A DNA stretch of 63,773 nucleotides, filler included, from Octopus bimaculoides (taxonomy: Eukaryota): the NCBI RefSeq assembly GCF_001194135.2. It is 5 parts of 5 records of this genome, joined end to end, with 100 filler letters (N's around TTAATTAATTAA, not from the genome) between each part and the next. Parts side by side here need not be neighbours in the genome. Positions count along the whole stretch, not along the records: positions 1 to 16,995 come from NC_069000.1; 4 more parts are not named here. One strand, given 5' to 3'. A program made the position numbers and the translations under genes. Below are positions 1 through 12,217 of this stretch, one piece after another. Under the pieces are notes generated by a model, which did no database searches, was not told the DNA's origin, and saw nothing but the letters and a program-made list of their open reading frames with translations. Numbering within the stretch: the stretch's first letter is position 1; each line of letters begins with the position of its first letter.

Positions 1-100
1 TATATATATATATATATACATATACATATACATATACATATATATGTGTGTGTGTATGTGTGTGTGTGTACATACATACATATATACACACGTACGTATG

Positions 101-171
<71 letters not shown>

Positions 172-260
172 GTAAGTAGGTGGATAGATATATTATATAT
201 GCGTGTGCATGTATGTGTGTGTGTATGTATGTATGAATGTATGTATGTATGTATGTATGT
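1..260. repeat. Compound microsatellite (TA)n/(TG)n/(TAGA)n/(TATG)n
   Basis: Directly visible; the (TAGA)n tract runs ~99-171. Confidence 0.97.
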
Positions 261-411
261 ATACGACGGAATTCTTTCAGTTTCCGCCTTCTAGATTCAG
301 TCACAAGCTTTTGGTAGGCCCTGGGCTAGAGTAGAAGTCATTTGTCCAAGTTGCTGCGAAGTAGGAATTGAACATGGTACCGTGCGGTTGCCAAGCAAAC
401 TTCTTACCACA
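261..411 (-). mobile_element. SINE-A, 5' head fragment (tRNA-derived head plus CORE-like module)
   Basis: Diverged match to the reverse complement of SINE-A heads at 43052 and 54961 (ttcagtttcc...gtagaag.ca.ttg.ccaag...aaacttcttaccac). Confidence 0.8.
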
Positions 412-916
412 GAAGGAGAGAGAGAGGGGGGAGAGTGAGTGAGAGAAAAAGGAGGGGGAGACAGAGAGCGGACGATAAGGTGAGCATGTCGGAGGTAGGG
501 AGAAACACACTCAAAGAAACCAATCCAGGGTGTGACTAAGACTGGATGAAAAACTACGTTTAAACGTCGAATTAAAGACGAAAAAATTTGATCATGTGAA
601 AAAGCTTCTCATGCGTCCGTTTGTTGCGTTACAATACTTGTTTGACACTCATATTTAATAAAAGAAAAGTCTCACAGAAATTCTGTTTTAACTTTTTATT
701 TCTATCTTCCCCCTTCTTTTTCCTTTTTTGTGTTATTTATTTATTTATTTATTTTATTCCTACTTGTATTTTGTACAAAACAATTTAGAGATAGCATTGC
801 TCCTGATGGAATCAGTGGTCAAGGTTGCTCGCAAAAGCTAGTACAAAAGAATCATACTTTCGAAATATTTGAAACCAGTTCATAGTTCGGTATTTCCGGA
901 ACTTCATGTATATATA

Positions 917-1800
917 CAGGGTGTGATGAGTAAATTGTCTCCATTTTATATTTTTAATTTCGCACATACACATTGTTTGTTTTTGATTTTGTCGACTACA
1001 CAGTATAGTAGAGTCAATTGGGTACCATCTGTGAGAAAAACAGCGCCATGACGCAATTCACTCTGCCAGAAGTTTGGAAACGACATGTTGTACTGCTTGG
1101 CATTCTCACCGAAAGCTCCAATACGAACAGATGGTGAACACAAAGAACAACTATTGGCTTGCCGTGTCCCCAAAACATGTACCGAGAGTGATAAAAATCA
1201 AACATCTAGTCAACATCATGGTGTTTGAAGTGATCACTAGTGATGGCGACGTTATGCCTCCATTCATTTTCCCACGCCTCAGGCTCAACACTGAGGCCTA
1301 CATCAAGTGTTTGGAGGAGGCAGTTTTGCCCTGAGTCAAGAGGGTGGCTGCTGGAAGGCCCTATGTCTGGCAACAGGACTCTGCACCATGCCACACAAGC
1401 AGGAGAACCCAGTCATGACTGTCAGACAATTTCTGCGACCACATCACCCTTAACATCTGGCCACCTAACTCCCCAGACTGAAACCCCCTTGATTATTATG
1501 TGTGGGGCGCAGTTGAGCGAGAAACCAACAAGACTACTCGTAATTCCAAAGATGAAGTGAAGACAAGGATTATGGCAGCATTCACCAACTTAAACAAGAA
1601 GACCGTCCAGAAGAGTTGCAGGAGAGTCCGAAGTCGTCTGGGAGGCCGTGGTTGAAGCCAATGGCGATTTTATTGAATAAATTTACTCTTTAATGTTTCA
1701 AGATATTTTTATGTAATTTTAGCAAATATATCTGTTAAAATGAGAATTCAGTGTTATTTTCATTTTTGACGAACTGTTGTAGACAAATTCGCCGGATACC
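917..1800 (+). mobile_element. Decayed, internally deleted Tc1/mariner element, DD37D (maT-type)
   Basis: Starts TA|CAGGGTG. Remnant ORF 1048-1680 reads ...IMVFEVITSDGDVMPPFIF...YVWQQDSAPCHTSRRTQS*LSDNFCDHITLNIWPPNSPD*NPLDYYVWG...EANGDFIE*. There are 37 codons between D (1377-79) and D (1491-93). The first D and most of the HTH are deleted, and there are in-frame stops. The right TIR is degenerate. Confidence 0.9.
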
Positions 1801-1802
1801 GT

Positions 1803-1884
1803 CATGACCGGAGTTCATCTGTGACTTCGAAATGACCAGTCCGAAACTTTGACATCCAGATTTTCACTGTGGAGTAAGATGGGC
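1803..1884 (-). mobile_element. Mariner-type transposase HTH fragment
   Basis: Minus strand reads PSYSTVKIWMSKFRTGHFEVTDELRS*R, matching the mariner PSY.TVK.W...F..G.....D..RSGRP pattern. It runs into an N gap. Confidence 0.7.
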
Positions 1885-2434
1885 NNNNNNNNNNNNNNNN
1901 NNNNNNNNNNNNNNNNNNNNNNNNNNNNNNNNNNNNNNNNNNNNNNNNNNNNNNNNNNNNNNNNNNNNNNNNNNNNNNNNNNNNNNNNNNNNNNNNNNNN
2001 NNNNNNNNNNNNNNNNNNNNNNNNNNNNNNNNNNNNNNNNNNNNNNNNNNNNNNNNNNNNNNNNNNNNNNNNNNNNNNNNNNNNNNNNNNNNNNNNNNNN
2101 NNNNNNNNNNNNNNNNNNNNNNNNNNNNNNNNNNNNNNNNNNNNNNNNNNNNNNNNNNNNNNNNNNNNNNNNNNNNNNNNNNNNNNNNNNNNNNNNNNNN
2201 NNNNNNNNNNNNNNNNNNNNNNNNNNNNNNNNNNNNNNNNNNNNNNNNNNNNNNNNNNNNNNNNNNNNNNNNNNNNNNNNNNNNNNNNNNNNNNNNNNNN
2301 NNNNNNNNNNNNNNNNNNNNNNNNNNNNNNNNNNNNNNNNNNNNNNNNNNNNNNNNNNNNNNNNNNNNNNNNNNNNNNNNNNNNNNNNNNNNNNNNNNNN
2401 NNNNNNNNNNNNNNNNNNNTGTGTATGTAAATAA

Positions 2435-2649
2435 AAGGCGAGCTGGCAGAATCGTTAGCACGCCGGGCGAGATGCCTAGCGGTATTTCGTCTGCCGCTAC
2501 GTTCTGAGTTCAAATTCAGCCGAGGTCGACTTTGCCTTTCATCCTTTCGGGGTCGATAAATTAAGTACCAGTTGAGTACTGGAGTCGATCTAATCGACTG
2601 GTCCCCTTCTCAAAATTTCGGACCTTGTGCCTAGAGTAGAAAGGATTAT
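2435..2649 (+). mobile_element. SINE-B, near full length
   Basis: A-box-like tggcagaatcg, B-box-like gagttcaaattc, central gaggtcgactttgcctttcatcctttcggggtcgataaattaagtaccag, tail gtagaaaggattat. About 10 related copies occur in the window. Confidence 0.9.
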
Positions 2650-3189
2650 GTATATATATATATGCATATGTATGTGTGCGTGGGTAGGTGGGTGAGTGCG
2701 CTGCACATGCGTTCATGTAGAATCATAAAGAGTTCTTCAGTGAATTGTAGAGCTAATTATAAAAATAACTACAGTTAAACTGCAATTTTCCACTTTCTCC
2801 ACTCCAGATTTGGCGTTACTGCTTAACTAATTGAAATTATGCATTAACTGAGAAAATCATTATTGCTGTATTATAAAACTAACTTAACGACCAACAATAA
2901 GTCACTTTTATAGTTTATTTTACGTGTGAAATAATCTATAAAAGTGACCTTGAGTTAACAGAACGACAATTTTAGATCTGACGTTGATTTCATCAGAAAA
3001 TATATCATTCAAATGATTCTTTGCTACCTACGACTATAACACAGCAAAAACACGATATAATAACCAACTGGCCGAGAATATCTTAAAGCAAGACTACTAA
3101 GGAATAATGTAATATCACTCATATACTAAAACCGAACACAGTTCTGCCTTCAATGTGTGCGTGTGCGCACGTTTTGGTTTCTTCTTCTT

Positions 3190-3248
3190 CTTCGCCCTTT
3201 TAAAGCCTAGCCAGGCTCATGGGCCCGGTTTCCCAATTTCTATGGCGT
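3190..3248 (-). mobile_element. SINE-D 3' tail fragment
   Basis: cgcccttttaaagcctagccaggctcatgggcccggtttccc..tttctatggcgtat matches 44925-44983. Confidence 0.8.
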
Positions 3249-3447
3249 ATCCTTCCCATCTTCAACCTGACGTGATACACACGGACCCGGGTTTCTGGGT
3301 ATTGACCCGTCACCAGCGTGTGACAATCATCGGTTGTCGATGTGAAGTGGTTCCCAATGCAAATATATATATATCCTTTTTGATGACGGGTCAATACCCA
3401 GAAACCCGAGTTCGTGTGTATCACGTCAGGTTGAAGATGGGAAGGAT
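3249..3447. repeat. 64-bp inverted repeat with 71-nt spacer (MITE-like/foldback)
   Basis: Arms 3249-3312 and 3384-3447 are reverse complements at 62/64 positions. Confidence 0.9.
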
Positions 3448-4249
3448 GACTTCCCTTTGCAAATACTGAGAGGGCACAGAAAATGTGTCAATAGNNNNNN
3501 NNNNNNNNNNNNNNNNNNNNNNNNNNNNNNNNNNNNNNNNNNNNNNNNNNNNNNNNNNNNNNNNNNNNNNNNNNNNNNNNNNNNNNNNNNNNNNNNNNNN
3601 NNNNNNNNNNNNNNNNNNNNNNNNNNNNNNNNNNNNNNNNNNNNNNNNNNNNNNNNNNNNNNNNNNNNNNNNNNNNNNNNNNNNNNNNNNNNNNNNNNNN
3701 NNNNNNNNNNNNNNNNNNNNNNNTATATATATGTATGTATGTATACATACATACACAAGCATGTCAATTTTGTAGACAAAACTTACAAACTCCGTTTGAG
3801 TGTATAAAGCTCAAGAAGAAACTAGCTTGAGTGAAAAAACTTGAGCCGCTTTAGGATAGCTTTTTCTAACGCATGACCGCTCAGTGGCGTGGTTGAAATC
3901 TCACTGGTGTAATAAAGGCTTATATGTGATCCATAGCGGTCATACGTACGCATGGGCGACCGCACACACAACGTTTTTCGATAGATGGAGAAATGTTTAT
4001 AGTGTATTTAAATAGACGGAGTGCAAAAACTAGATGTATGCTTGTGCTTATATTTGCTGTGATGTATTTCTTTGTGAGAATATCTAGGATTTACAATCTA
4101 TCGAAATCACATATCTCTGCGCAGTCAAACAACCCCATACTGATGACCAACGAAGTCATGGACCTTTAGTTTTAAACAGGCCGAATGTTGGTCGAAGAGT
4201 AGAGTTTTCCCAAACACATAATGATTACACAGACACACACACATACATA

Positions 4250-4540
4250 TTGACCCCTAGTAGTTATTTTTTAAAGCCTGGTGTTTATTCTATCGGTCTC
4301 TTACGCAGAACCACTAAGTTACGGGGACGTAAACAACTCCGACTGTCAAGTGGTCGTGGAGGACAAACACAAATACACACACAGAGGACGGATTTGTTTC
4401 ATTTTCCGTCTACCAAATCTATTCACAATGCTTTGGTCGGCCCGAGGCTATAGTAGAAGACACTTTCCCGAGGTGGCACGCAATGGTACTGAATCCAGAA
4501 TCATGTGGTTGGGAAGCAAACTTCTTACCATACTGCCACG

Positions 4541-4542
<2 letters not shown>
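4250..4542 (-). mobile_element. SINE-A (head, short internal CA tract, partial 3' module)
   Basis: Colinear with the reverse complement of 54961-55527. Confidence 0.88.
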
Positions 4543-4577
<35 letters not shown>

Positions 4578-5506
4578 GTGTGTGTGTGTGCGTGTGTGTG
4601 TGTGTGCGTGCGTGCAAAAGACCAAAATATAGTTAATCTAATGGTCTATATCGGAAAATTCTTTTTTAGAGATGAATTCCATCCTTATCATTAGAAATTT
4701 TAGAATATAATTATATCAACAAACAACTAAAGGAACGTGATTAGAATGTCACAGGACAGATTCTTCAATCTAAGCCAACCGGCTGGAGACTTAGGTGTAG
4801 ACCGAGAACGAAATAGAGGAGGTTGGACGGAGACGAATGGATGGACGGGCCGACCGACCGATTAGTTGATTGAGTTAACTAAACTAGCTGATTATTCAAG
4901 AATCCCCAAAGTGTTCTGAAAAGAAGTGGTTTCTGGCTGACACATCCATCGATGGAACCGTTCCCGACTTTAGAATCATTTGATTAATGCTGTCTTAATG
5001 TAGCGAGTGGTATCTATATAACACTGCTAAAATAAAAAGCCTTAACTTGCATGTACAATGAGTGAATAAGTTCATGTTGATAATACATGTAAAACAAATA
5101 ATTTTGTTTATTTATAATCATACATTTTTATATAGTTTTAGTTTAGAAACCTGTTTAACTACATTGCATAGGAATGTTTGTTTTGTTTTTTTTTGTCTTT
5201 TTTTTTTTGCTTTTTTTTTTCTTATAACTAATACAGGTGATTAATATGGATTTTGTCTCGTTATTTTCGTAAATAATTTCTTGGGTGGTTCTATTATCGG
5301 GTGTTAACAAAAAATACAACACAAGATGATACAATGCGCATATACAAAGTTTAGATCTTAGCTAGACAAACCAATACAGTATGCAGGATGTCCGTTGGAA
5401 TGACAGTCTACAGAGAGCACGTGGTAGACACAGAATATACTGCTAAAACACGCACACATATAGAAAAAAACACACACACACACACGTCTGCATACATACA
5501 TCTTTA

Positions 5507-5655
5507 ATTTTATTTTTACTTGTTTCAGTCAATTAAATTGCGGTCGTGCTGGGACACTGACTTGAAGAATTGAATCAACCCCAGTACATTTTTTTTAAAG
5601 CCTGGTACTTATTCTATTGGTCTCTTTTGCCGAAGCGCTAACTTACAGGTACGTA
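5507..5655 (-). mobile_element. SINE-A 3' module
   Basis: ttgtttcagtc...gcggtcgtgctggg...cctggtacttattctattggtctcttttgccgaa matches other SINE-A 3' ends. Confidence 0.8.
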
Positions 5656-5749
5656 TTTCCACAACAGAACTTATCTTTCCCTTGTGGTCCCACACAACAT
5701 TATTGGACCGATTGTGTTGTAATTTGACGACTGTTTTAATGTTCCTAAG

Positions 5750-5930
5750 AGAGCAAGCTGCTTAGCGGCATTTCGTCTGTCCTTACATACTGAGTTCAAA
5801 GTCCGCCGAGGTCGACTTTGCCGTTCATCGATAAAATAAGTACCAGTTGACCACACTGGGGTCGATGTAATCAACTTAAACCCCATTCCGCGAACTTGCT
5901 GGCTTTGTGTCAAAATTTGAAACCAATGTT
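5750..5930 (+). mobile_element. SINE-B, 5'-truncated
   Basis: gcttagcggcatttcgtctg...gagttcaaag..ccgccgaggtcgactttgcc...aagtaccagttg...ggggtcgat. Confidence 0.85.
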
Positions 5931-6079
5931 CATAAATTCTAATTATCAAATTAATTTTTTCCTGGAACAACTTGAGGCGATATGCAATAGCTGAAAACCT
6001 AACTTCAGCTGTCAGAAATAATTTCAATAACAGATACCATCATTCCTATAATTCTCACCTATCAAGACAATAACAATTG

Positions 6080-6558
6080 TTCTTTTATCTTGTTTCAGTC
6101 ACTGGACTGCAGCCATGCTGGGGCACTTGTCTTGAGGAATTTTAGTCGCACTAATCGACCCTTGTACTTATTTTCTTTTTAAGCCTAGTACTTATTCTAT
6201 CAGTTCTCTTTTGCCAAACCAGCAAGGGGATGTAAACACACCAACACCAGTTGTCAAGTGGTGGTGGTGGTGGAGCAAACACAGATATAGACACACATAC
6301 ATAGATATATATACATGTATGTGTACATTTTATATATACAAAAACTGTTAAGAGTAGATATTAGACCTTGATCTTAGCCATAAGACACACACACATACAC
6401 ATGACTGGCTTTTTCCAGTCTCCATCTACCAAATCTACTCACAAGGGTTTGGTCAGCTCAAGACTATTGTAGAAGACACTTTCCCAAGGTGTCATGCTGA
6501 GAGTAAACCCAAACCATGTGGTTGGTGAGCAAACTTCTTACCACACAGCCATGCTTGC
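6080..6558 (-). mobile_element. SINE-A, full length, diverged
   Basis: 3' module, internal CA/TA tract and head, all in order. Confidence 0.85.
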
Positions 6559-6774
6559 GCCTATAATGTTAATGAAATTCTTTTTTTAACAAGACTGGGA
6601 AGTTCTAGATATGTTAGGAGAGTTTATAAATGTACTGTTCTACACAAATCATTTAATATGAAGAAAATGAGAAAAAGTCCTTTTTAAAAAATGTTAAAAA
6701 CAAAGTATTGTAACTCAGATTTTTAATACCACATCACACAAACACATACATGAATATACTGCAAATATCTCGTA

Positions 6775-7201
6775 ACTGGCACCCATACCGGTGGCATGTA
6801 AAAAGTACCTTTCAAGTGTTGGGCCTCACGAGGGCAATGTAACCACTGCCAGTGTTGCATGACTGGCACCTGTGCCAGTGGTATGTAAAAAACACCTTTC
6901 AAACGTTTGGCCTCATGGAGGCAATGACATATGCACAAGACCTTTGGTAATATGCTGTGCTCGAGAAGACTCTTGAAGCCAAGTGAAATCATAGTCATGG
7001 CGGATACTGGTATCACACAACTGGCACATAAAAGCACCCATTATACTCTCAGAGTGGCTGGCATCAGGAAGGGTGTCCAGCCATAGAAACCATGCCAAAT
7101 CAGACCAGAGTGTGGTGCAGCCCCTCAGCTTACCAGCCCTGGTCAAACCATCCAACCCATGCCAGCATGGACAACAGACGTTAAATGATGATGATGATGA
7201 A
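6775..7201 (+). mobile_element. 3' UTR/tail of RTE-type LINE family with (GAT)n tail, older copy
   Basis: aaagcaccca..actctc.gagtgg.tggc.t.aggaaggg...tccaacccatgc.agcatgga...gacgttaaatgatgatgat is shared with 12218-12534 and 15871-16091. A ~95-nt direct repeat lies at 6775-6930. Confidence 0.8.
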
Positions 7202-7249
7202 GACATGCACACACATGAAAAAGCAAATATATGTCTACATATATAAACC

Positions 7250-7590
7250 TGATTGTGTGATTAGGAAGCGTACTTTGCAACTATGTGGGTTTAGGTTGAA
7301 TTCAACTATGTCGCACCTTGAGCAAGTGTCTACAGTCCTGGACAAGCCAATGCCTTATGAGTGAATTTGGCAGACAAAAACTGTGTGGAAGCCATTGTGT
7401 GTGTATGTGTGCGCCCCACACCAGTTGACAACCACTGCTGGTTTGTTTATGCCCCCTTTAACTTAGCAATTCAGCAAAAAAGACCAATAGATTAAGTATC
7501 GGTTTTAAAAAATTAAGCATTTGTTTAACTATAACCTTTAAAGTCGTGCCTTGGCATGGCTGCAATCCAATGACTGAAACAAGCAGAAAT
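7250..7590 (+). mobile_element. SINE-A, diverged
   Basis: gcaccttgagcaagtgtcta...tgagtgaatttggcagac...aacttagcaattcagcaaaa.agaccaatagattaagta...gcatggctgca..caatgactgaaacaag. Confidence 0.78.
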
Positions 7591-7639
7591 ATACACACAC
7601 ATATATATATAGATACACGTGCACACACACATACACATT

Positions 7640-8221
7640 CACCAGTCCTCAGTCAAATCGTCCAACCCATGCTAGCATGGAATGCGGNNNNNNNNNNNNN
7701 NNNNNNNNNNNNNNNNNNNNNNNNNNNNNNNNNNNNNNNNNNNNNNNNNNNNNNNNNNNNNNNNNNNNNNNNNNNNNNNNNNNNNNNNNNNNNNNNNNNN
7801 NNNNNNNNNNNNNNNNNNNNNNNNNNNNNNNNNNNNNNNNNNNNNNNNNNNNNNNNNNNNNNNNNNNNNNNNNNNNNNNNNNNNNNNNNNNNNNNNNNNN
7901 NNNNNNNNNNNNNNNNNNNNNNNNNNNNNNNNNNNNNNNNNNNNNNNNNNNNNNNNNNNNNNNNNNNNNNNNNNNNNNNNNNNNNNNNNNNNNNNNNNNN
8001 NNNNNNNNNNNNNNNNNNNNNNNNNNNNNNNNNNNNNNNNNNNNNNNNNNNNNNNNNNNNNNNNNNNNNNNNNNNNNNNNNNNNNNNNNNNNNNNNNNNN
8101 NNNNNNNNNNNNNNNNNNNNNNNNNNNNNNNNNNNNNNNNNNNNNNNNNNNNNNNNNNNNNNNNNNNNNNNNNNNNNNNNNNNNNNNNNNNNNNNNNATG
8201 ATGATGATGATGATGATGATA
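7640..8221 (+). mobile_element. RTE-type tail fragment, N gap, then (GAT)n
   Basis: caccagtcctcagtcaaatcgtccaacccatgctagcatgga is identical to 16026-16066; (ATG)n resumes after the gap. Confidence 0.75.
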
Positions 8222-8934
8222 TGCACATATGTACAGATAAAGATAAAAATGTATTAGCATTTTAAGATCAATTTTTAATCAGTTTTTTTTATTTGTCTAC
8301 AAAGAAACTATGTTGATAAAATACATAATTCATTTATGAACACAGTGTAATCTGTATATATAGGCAGCAGACTGTATTGTTTATACCAAGGACATATTGC
8401 TGACTATACAGTAGACAATGTCTCAATATGAGAAGAGACAGCTGAACCTGATGTAGGCATTGTTGGGTAAAGAAGGAAATGCTGAGGAGTAGCAGAGTAG
8501 GCAATGTTACAAAATAAGAAAGACATAGTTCAACATGTAGACAGTGTTTCAATGTAAAGGGATACTGTTGAATTTCCCATCTTGGTGAAGGTGTTTCAAT
8601 TTAAGCAGGCACTGCTACCAAGACACTGTTGAGTTGAGCCAGTGTCTTGATGGTAGTGTTTCAATTTACATGAACATTGCTAATTCTAAGATAGACTCTC
8701 TCTAAAAATAAAAAATAAAAAAATAGAGAGGTTCATGTAGACAGTTACTACGAAACATGAAACAGTGTAAGCTGTAGAATAACATCAGACTACAGGCAAA
8801 TGCTTTATGGACAGAACATACAATAAACAACTTGTGTGTGAGAGTGTGTGTAGAGAGAAATATACATTCATAGATATAAATCAATAATATATATATGAGA
8901 GAGAGAGAGTAGAGAAAGAGAGAGATTTGTATAC

Positions 8935-8979
<45 letters not shown>

Positions 8980-10074
8980 TGTGTGTTTATTGGTGAAGAA
9001 GTGAAGCTCCTTATCATGAATCAGTTGGGAATGTCTTTTGTTGTAATTGTTAAATAAAAACCAGTTTTTATTGGACACTGAAGAGAGAACTACTCAAAAG
9101 TAGTTAGAAAGCCAATCAAGCCACTGAATCAAATGATACTTGCTGTAGAAATTTAATTGGCTTTCTCACATTTAAAAGTGAAATATAATTATTAATTGCT
9201 GTGTAAACTTTTCTGTTTTTAATGTTAAATGTAAAATAATTTATAAAGCTTATTTGCCATAATGAGAATTTTAAAAAATGTACATGAGTATCTTTATTTA
9301 TCTGGGTAGATACACAGAAATATGAATATATATACACATGTGTAAATAAAACGTGTGAATGTAATAATGTATTTGCATGCATGTTCCTTCTCTATCTTCT
9401 GCTGTTTAGCCTCTACTCTTTATACCATCAGCCCCTTTCACTCCCTGCATTACTACAACCCATCGCGATAACTATTTATTGAGGTTTGATGTATTGTACC
9501 TATCTGCCTTCTTGTCCCTTTTCCTATTATACCTTGACCACATTATCTTAACTGTATCTGTTCTTGTGTTTAAGCTAAGTTTATTTATCGTTCTATCTGA
9601 CATGTTTATTGTCCTTCACCACCTCAATTCCTTGGTTTCCCACTCTCTTATACCAGTCCTCTTACTTGGAAAACACTCTCCCCACCAAATCTAATCCCAT
9701 AACTTCAATTCACACTCAAACAAACAGCCAAAGCAATAAAATGTTATCTTCTATAAGCCTCACAGAAAATAAACTTCACTTATCTTCTGCTCCTCATATT
9801 CAATGATTTTTAAGCTTACACAGACCATCACCAGTTTCCCTGGGTTACAGATTTTACCCAAAAATTAATATATTAATGAAGCAACACTGATTGGCTAAAT
9901 TCAGAATTTTCTTATACAAAAGCTTTGATTAATTTTTTTCGTAACCTAGGGAACCAACTTTAAAAATTTTAATAACGTGTCCTAGCTGTTAAAAATTTGG
10001 GAGCACACCATAATGTACATAAGACAGATGCTAATATAAAAACAGACAGTAACAAGTAACTAGTAATGATGAAG

Positions 10075-10260
10075 GAATTCTATCAACTACCTGACATTCA
10101 AGATATCAGGGTGGAAAGACAAGTTGGAAGAAACACAATGAAATGAGCAAAATGTCGTGAAGGTGGACAAGATGAGAAACAGAAGATGAGCGCTGATGAA
10201 ACTCAATGCAAAACCTCATCACACGGTGGCAGGACAGATGTTTAACATTTCAGTAAGACA
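10075..10260 (+). mobile_element. Highly decayed LINE C-terminal fragment (RTE/L2-like)
   Basis: Only broken traces such as K*A..V..M...R*A and PITRWQD, resembling (R/K)WAGHV.RM...RW / RP.TRW.D. Confidence 0.3.
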
Positions 10261-10339
10261 GTCACAACGTTGTAGAAGGCCCTGAAAAATGGAAAAAGAA
10301 AGCAATCAATCATAAATAAACAATAACAGTTTATCAAGG

Positions 10340-10394
<55 letters not shown>

Positions 10395-11426
10395 TATATA
10401 TATATATATATACATATATACATATATATCTGTAAAAATATGTGACACTTATTCGGATAACTGAAGAGATGTTGGCGTGGGTTCTCACCCCGGCATCCAA
10501 AACTCTGAGTTTTATCATGGCTACCGAATAAGTGTCATATTTTTACAGATAAATTCCTCTATTTACATATCAAAGTCTCTTTCTTTTTTTTCTTGTCCTT
10601 TCTATCAATATATATATATATATATATATATAATGTGTAATTCCCTTTATAAGATAGTAGGGTTTGAGCTGAGAGAAATTTGGTTTATTTCAAGCAGTTG
10701 ATTAGTTCAATCATTGCAAAATGGACATTGTTCAACATACAATTAGCCAAAGTAAACATTACTATCAAACAAACCACTCAATTAAAGAGACTTTCTTCAC
10801 AAATACACAAATTTATGTCTCTGGATAGAATACAAGTCAATAGGTAAATTTCCTCACTGATACAGTACCTATAACTGAAGTAATGTAAAACCAAATGTTC
10901 TGCATAATGGCAATCCTGCAGCAGATTTGAACTCAAAATTGGTGAGCTCATCATCAGTCCAATAATTTATCCACTCAGCTTTCCACACACACGCAATTTA
11001 TATCTCTATTGATTGATCAACCAACCAACTGGCCGACCAAAAGACAACAGACTGACCAACAGACAGATACACATACACGTACACACATTATTTCACAGAG
11101 GAGGTGAAATAAGAAAGGAACAGGAATATTCTTTACTGAAATTTTTAACAGATATCATTCCATTACTTTTGAATCAGTCTTATTACAATGCTCAACTCTG
11201 AGTAACAGCCATGCCCTGTATAGTTATGGGCTGCCTTTTGGCAAGGCATAGCACCTGTTCAGCCACCCTGCCAGAGATACAGCAAAGTCATGGGACTGCA
11301 GCATGGTGGATTGTGAAGAGGTAGCAGAAAAGCTCAACTGAACCAAAGATGCTTCTTAAATTGATGCTGAGTGGAGGAAACTTAGAAAATCAACAGTTAG
11401 GATCAGCAAGCTCTATCAAGAAAGTG

Positions 11427-11791
11427 TGGAGGCGCAATGGCCCAGTGGTTAGGGCAGCGGACTCGCGGTCATAGGATCGCGATTTCGATCCCCAGACCAG
11501 GCGTTGTGAGTGTTTATTGAACAAAAACACATTTAAAGCTCCACGAGGCTCCGGCAGGGGATGGTGGCGAACCCTGCTGTACTCTTTCACCACAACTTTA
11601 TCTCACTCTTTCTTCCTGTTTCTGTTGTACCTGTAATTCAAAGGGTCAGCCTTGTCACACTGTGTCACGCTGAATCTCCCCGTGTCTGTGGAGTGCTCAG
11701 CCACTTGCACATTAATTTCACGAGCAGGCTGTTCCGTTGATCGGATCAACTGGAACCCTCGACGTCGTAAGCGACGGAGTACCAACAACAA
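11427..11791 (+). mobile_element. SINE-C, full length with 10-bp TSD
   Basis: tRNA-like head tggaggcgcaatggcccagtggttaggg...ttcgatcccc and (CAA)n tail. TSD tcaagaaagt at 11416-25 and 11792-801. Colinear with 36803-37186. Confidence 0.93.
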
Positions 11792-12217
11792 CTCAAGAAA
11801 GTAACTGCAATGTATCTAAGGTTGTGTAATCAGTTAATGAAAGACTCACTATCACTAAAGTTCCCGATTCAAATTCATAATAATGAAATTTCCATTATGA
11901 ACAGCTTCTTTCAAGGAATTAATGCAGGATGAGTTGAAATAATGATGATGACCAATAAAGTTTCTTGTGTGTTCCATTTTCCATCTCTATTATTTGTTTT
12001 ATACTCAATGTGCACTGAGGAGTTCCTGAGGTAGATCCAGCGACAATTGTGTAATCACTTTAGAGGACACCAGGTAGCCATAGACAGTGAACGTGCTTTA
12101 TCAGCCTACAACTAGGAACACACCCAACAGTTAAGTATTAACTTATACAAATATGTATATATAAACACACACACACAAACGTGTATGTTTGTGTGTGTAT
12201 ATATATATTACATATAT

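Noticed and set aside
4136-4210. CTGATGA...GACCAAC/GTTGGTC stem...GAAG, hammerhead-like
   Set aside because: The helix II register consumes G8/A9, GAAA is absent and there is no helix I next to the core.
9480-9700. Minus-strand MSDRTI...VKIMW resembling an RTE endonuclease
   Set aside because: Only one weak motif; not distinguishable from chance without alignment.
11427-11500. tRNA-like sequence with A and B boxes (also 36803 and 44916)
   Set aside because: It continues into a SINE body with tail and TSD and has no complete cloverleaf; it is a SINE head, not a tRNA gene.
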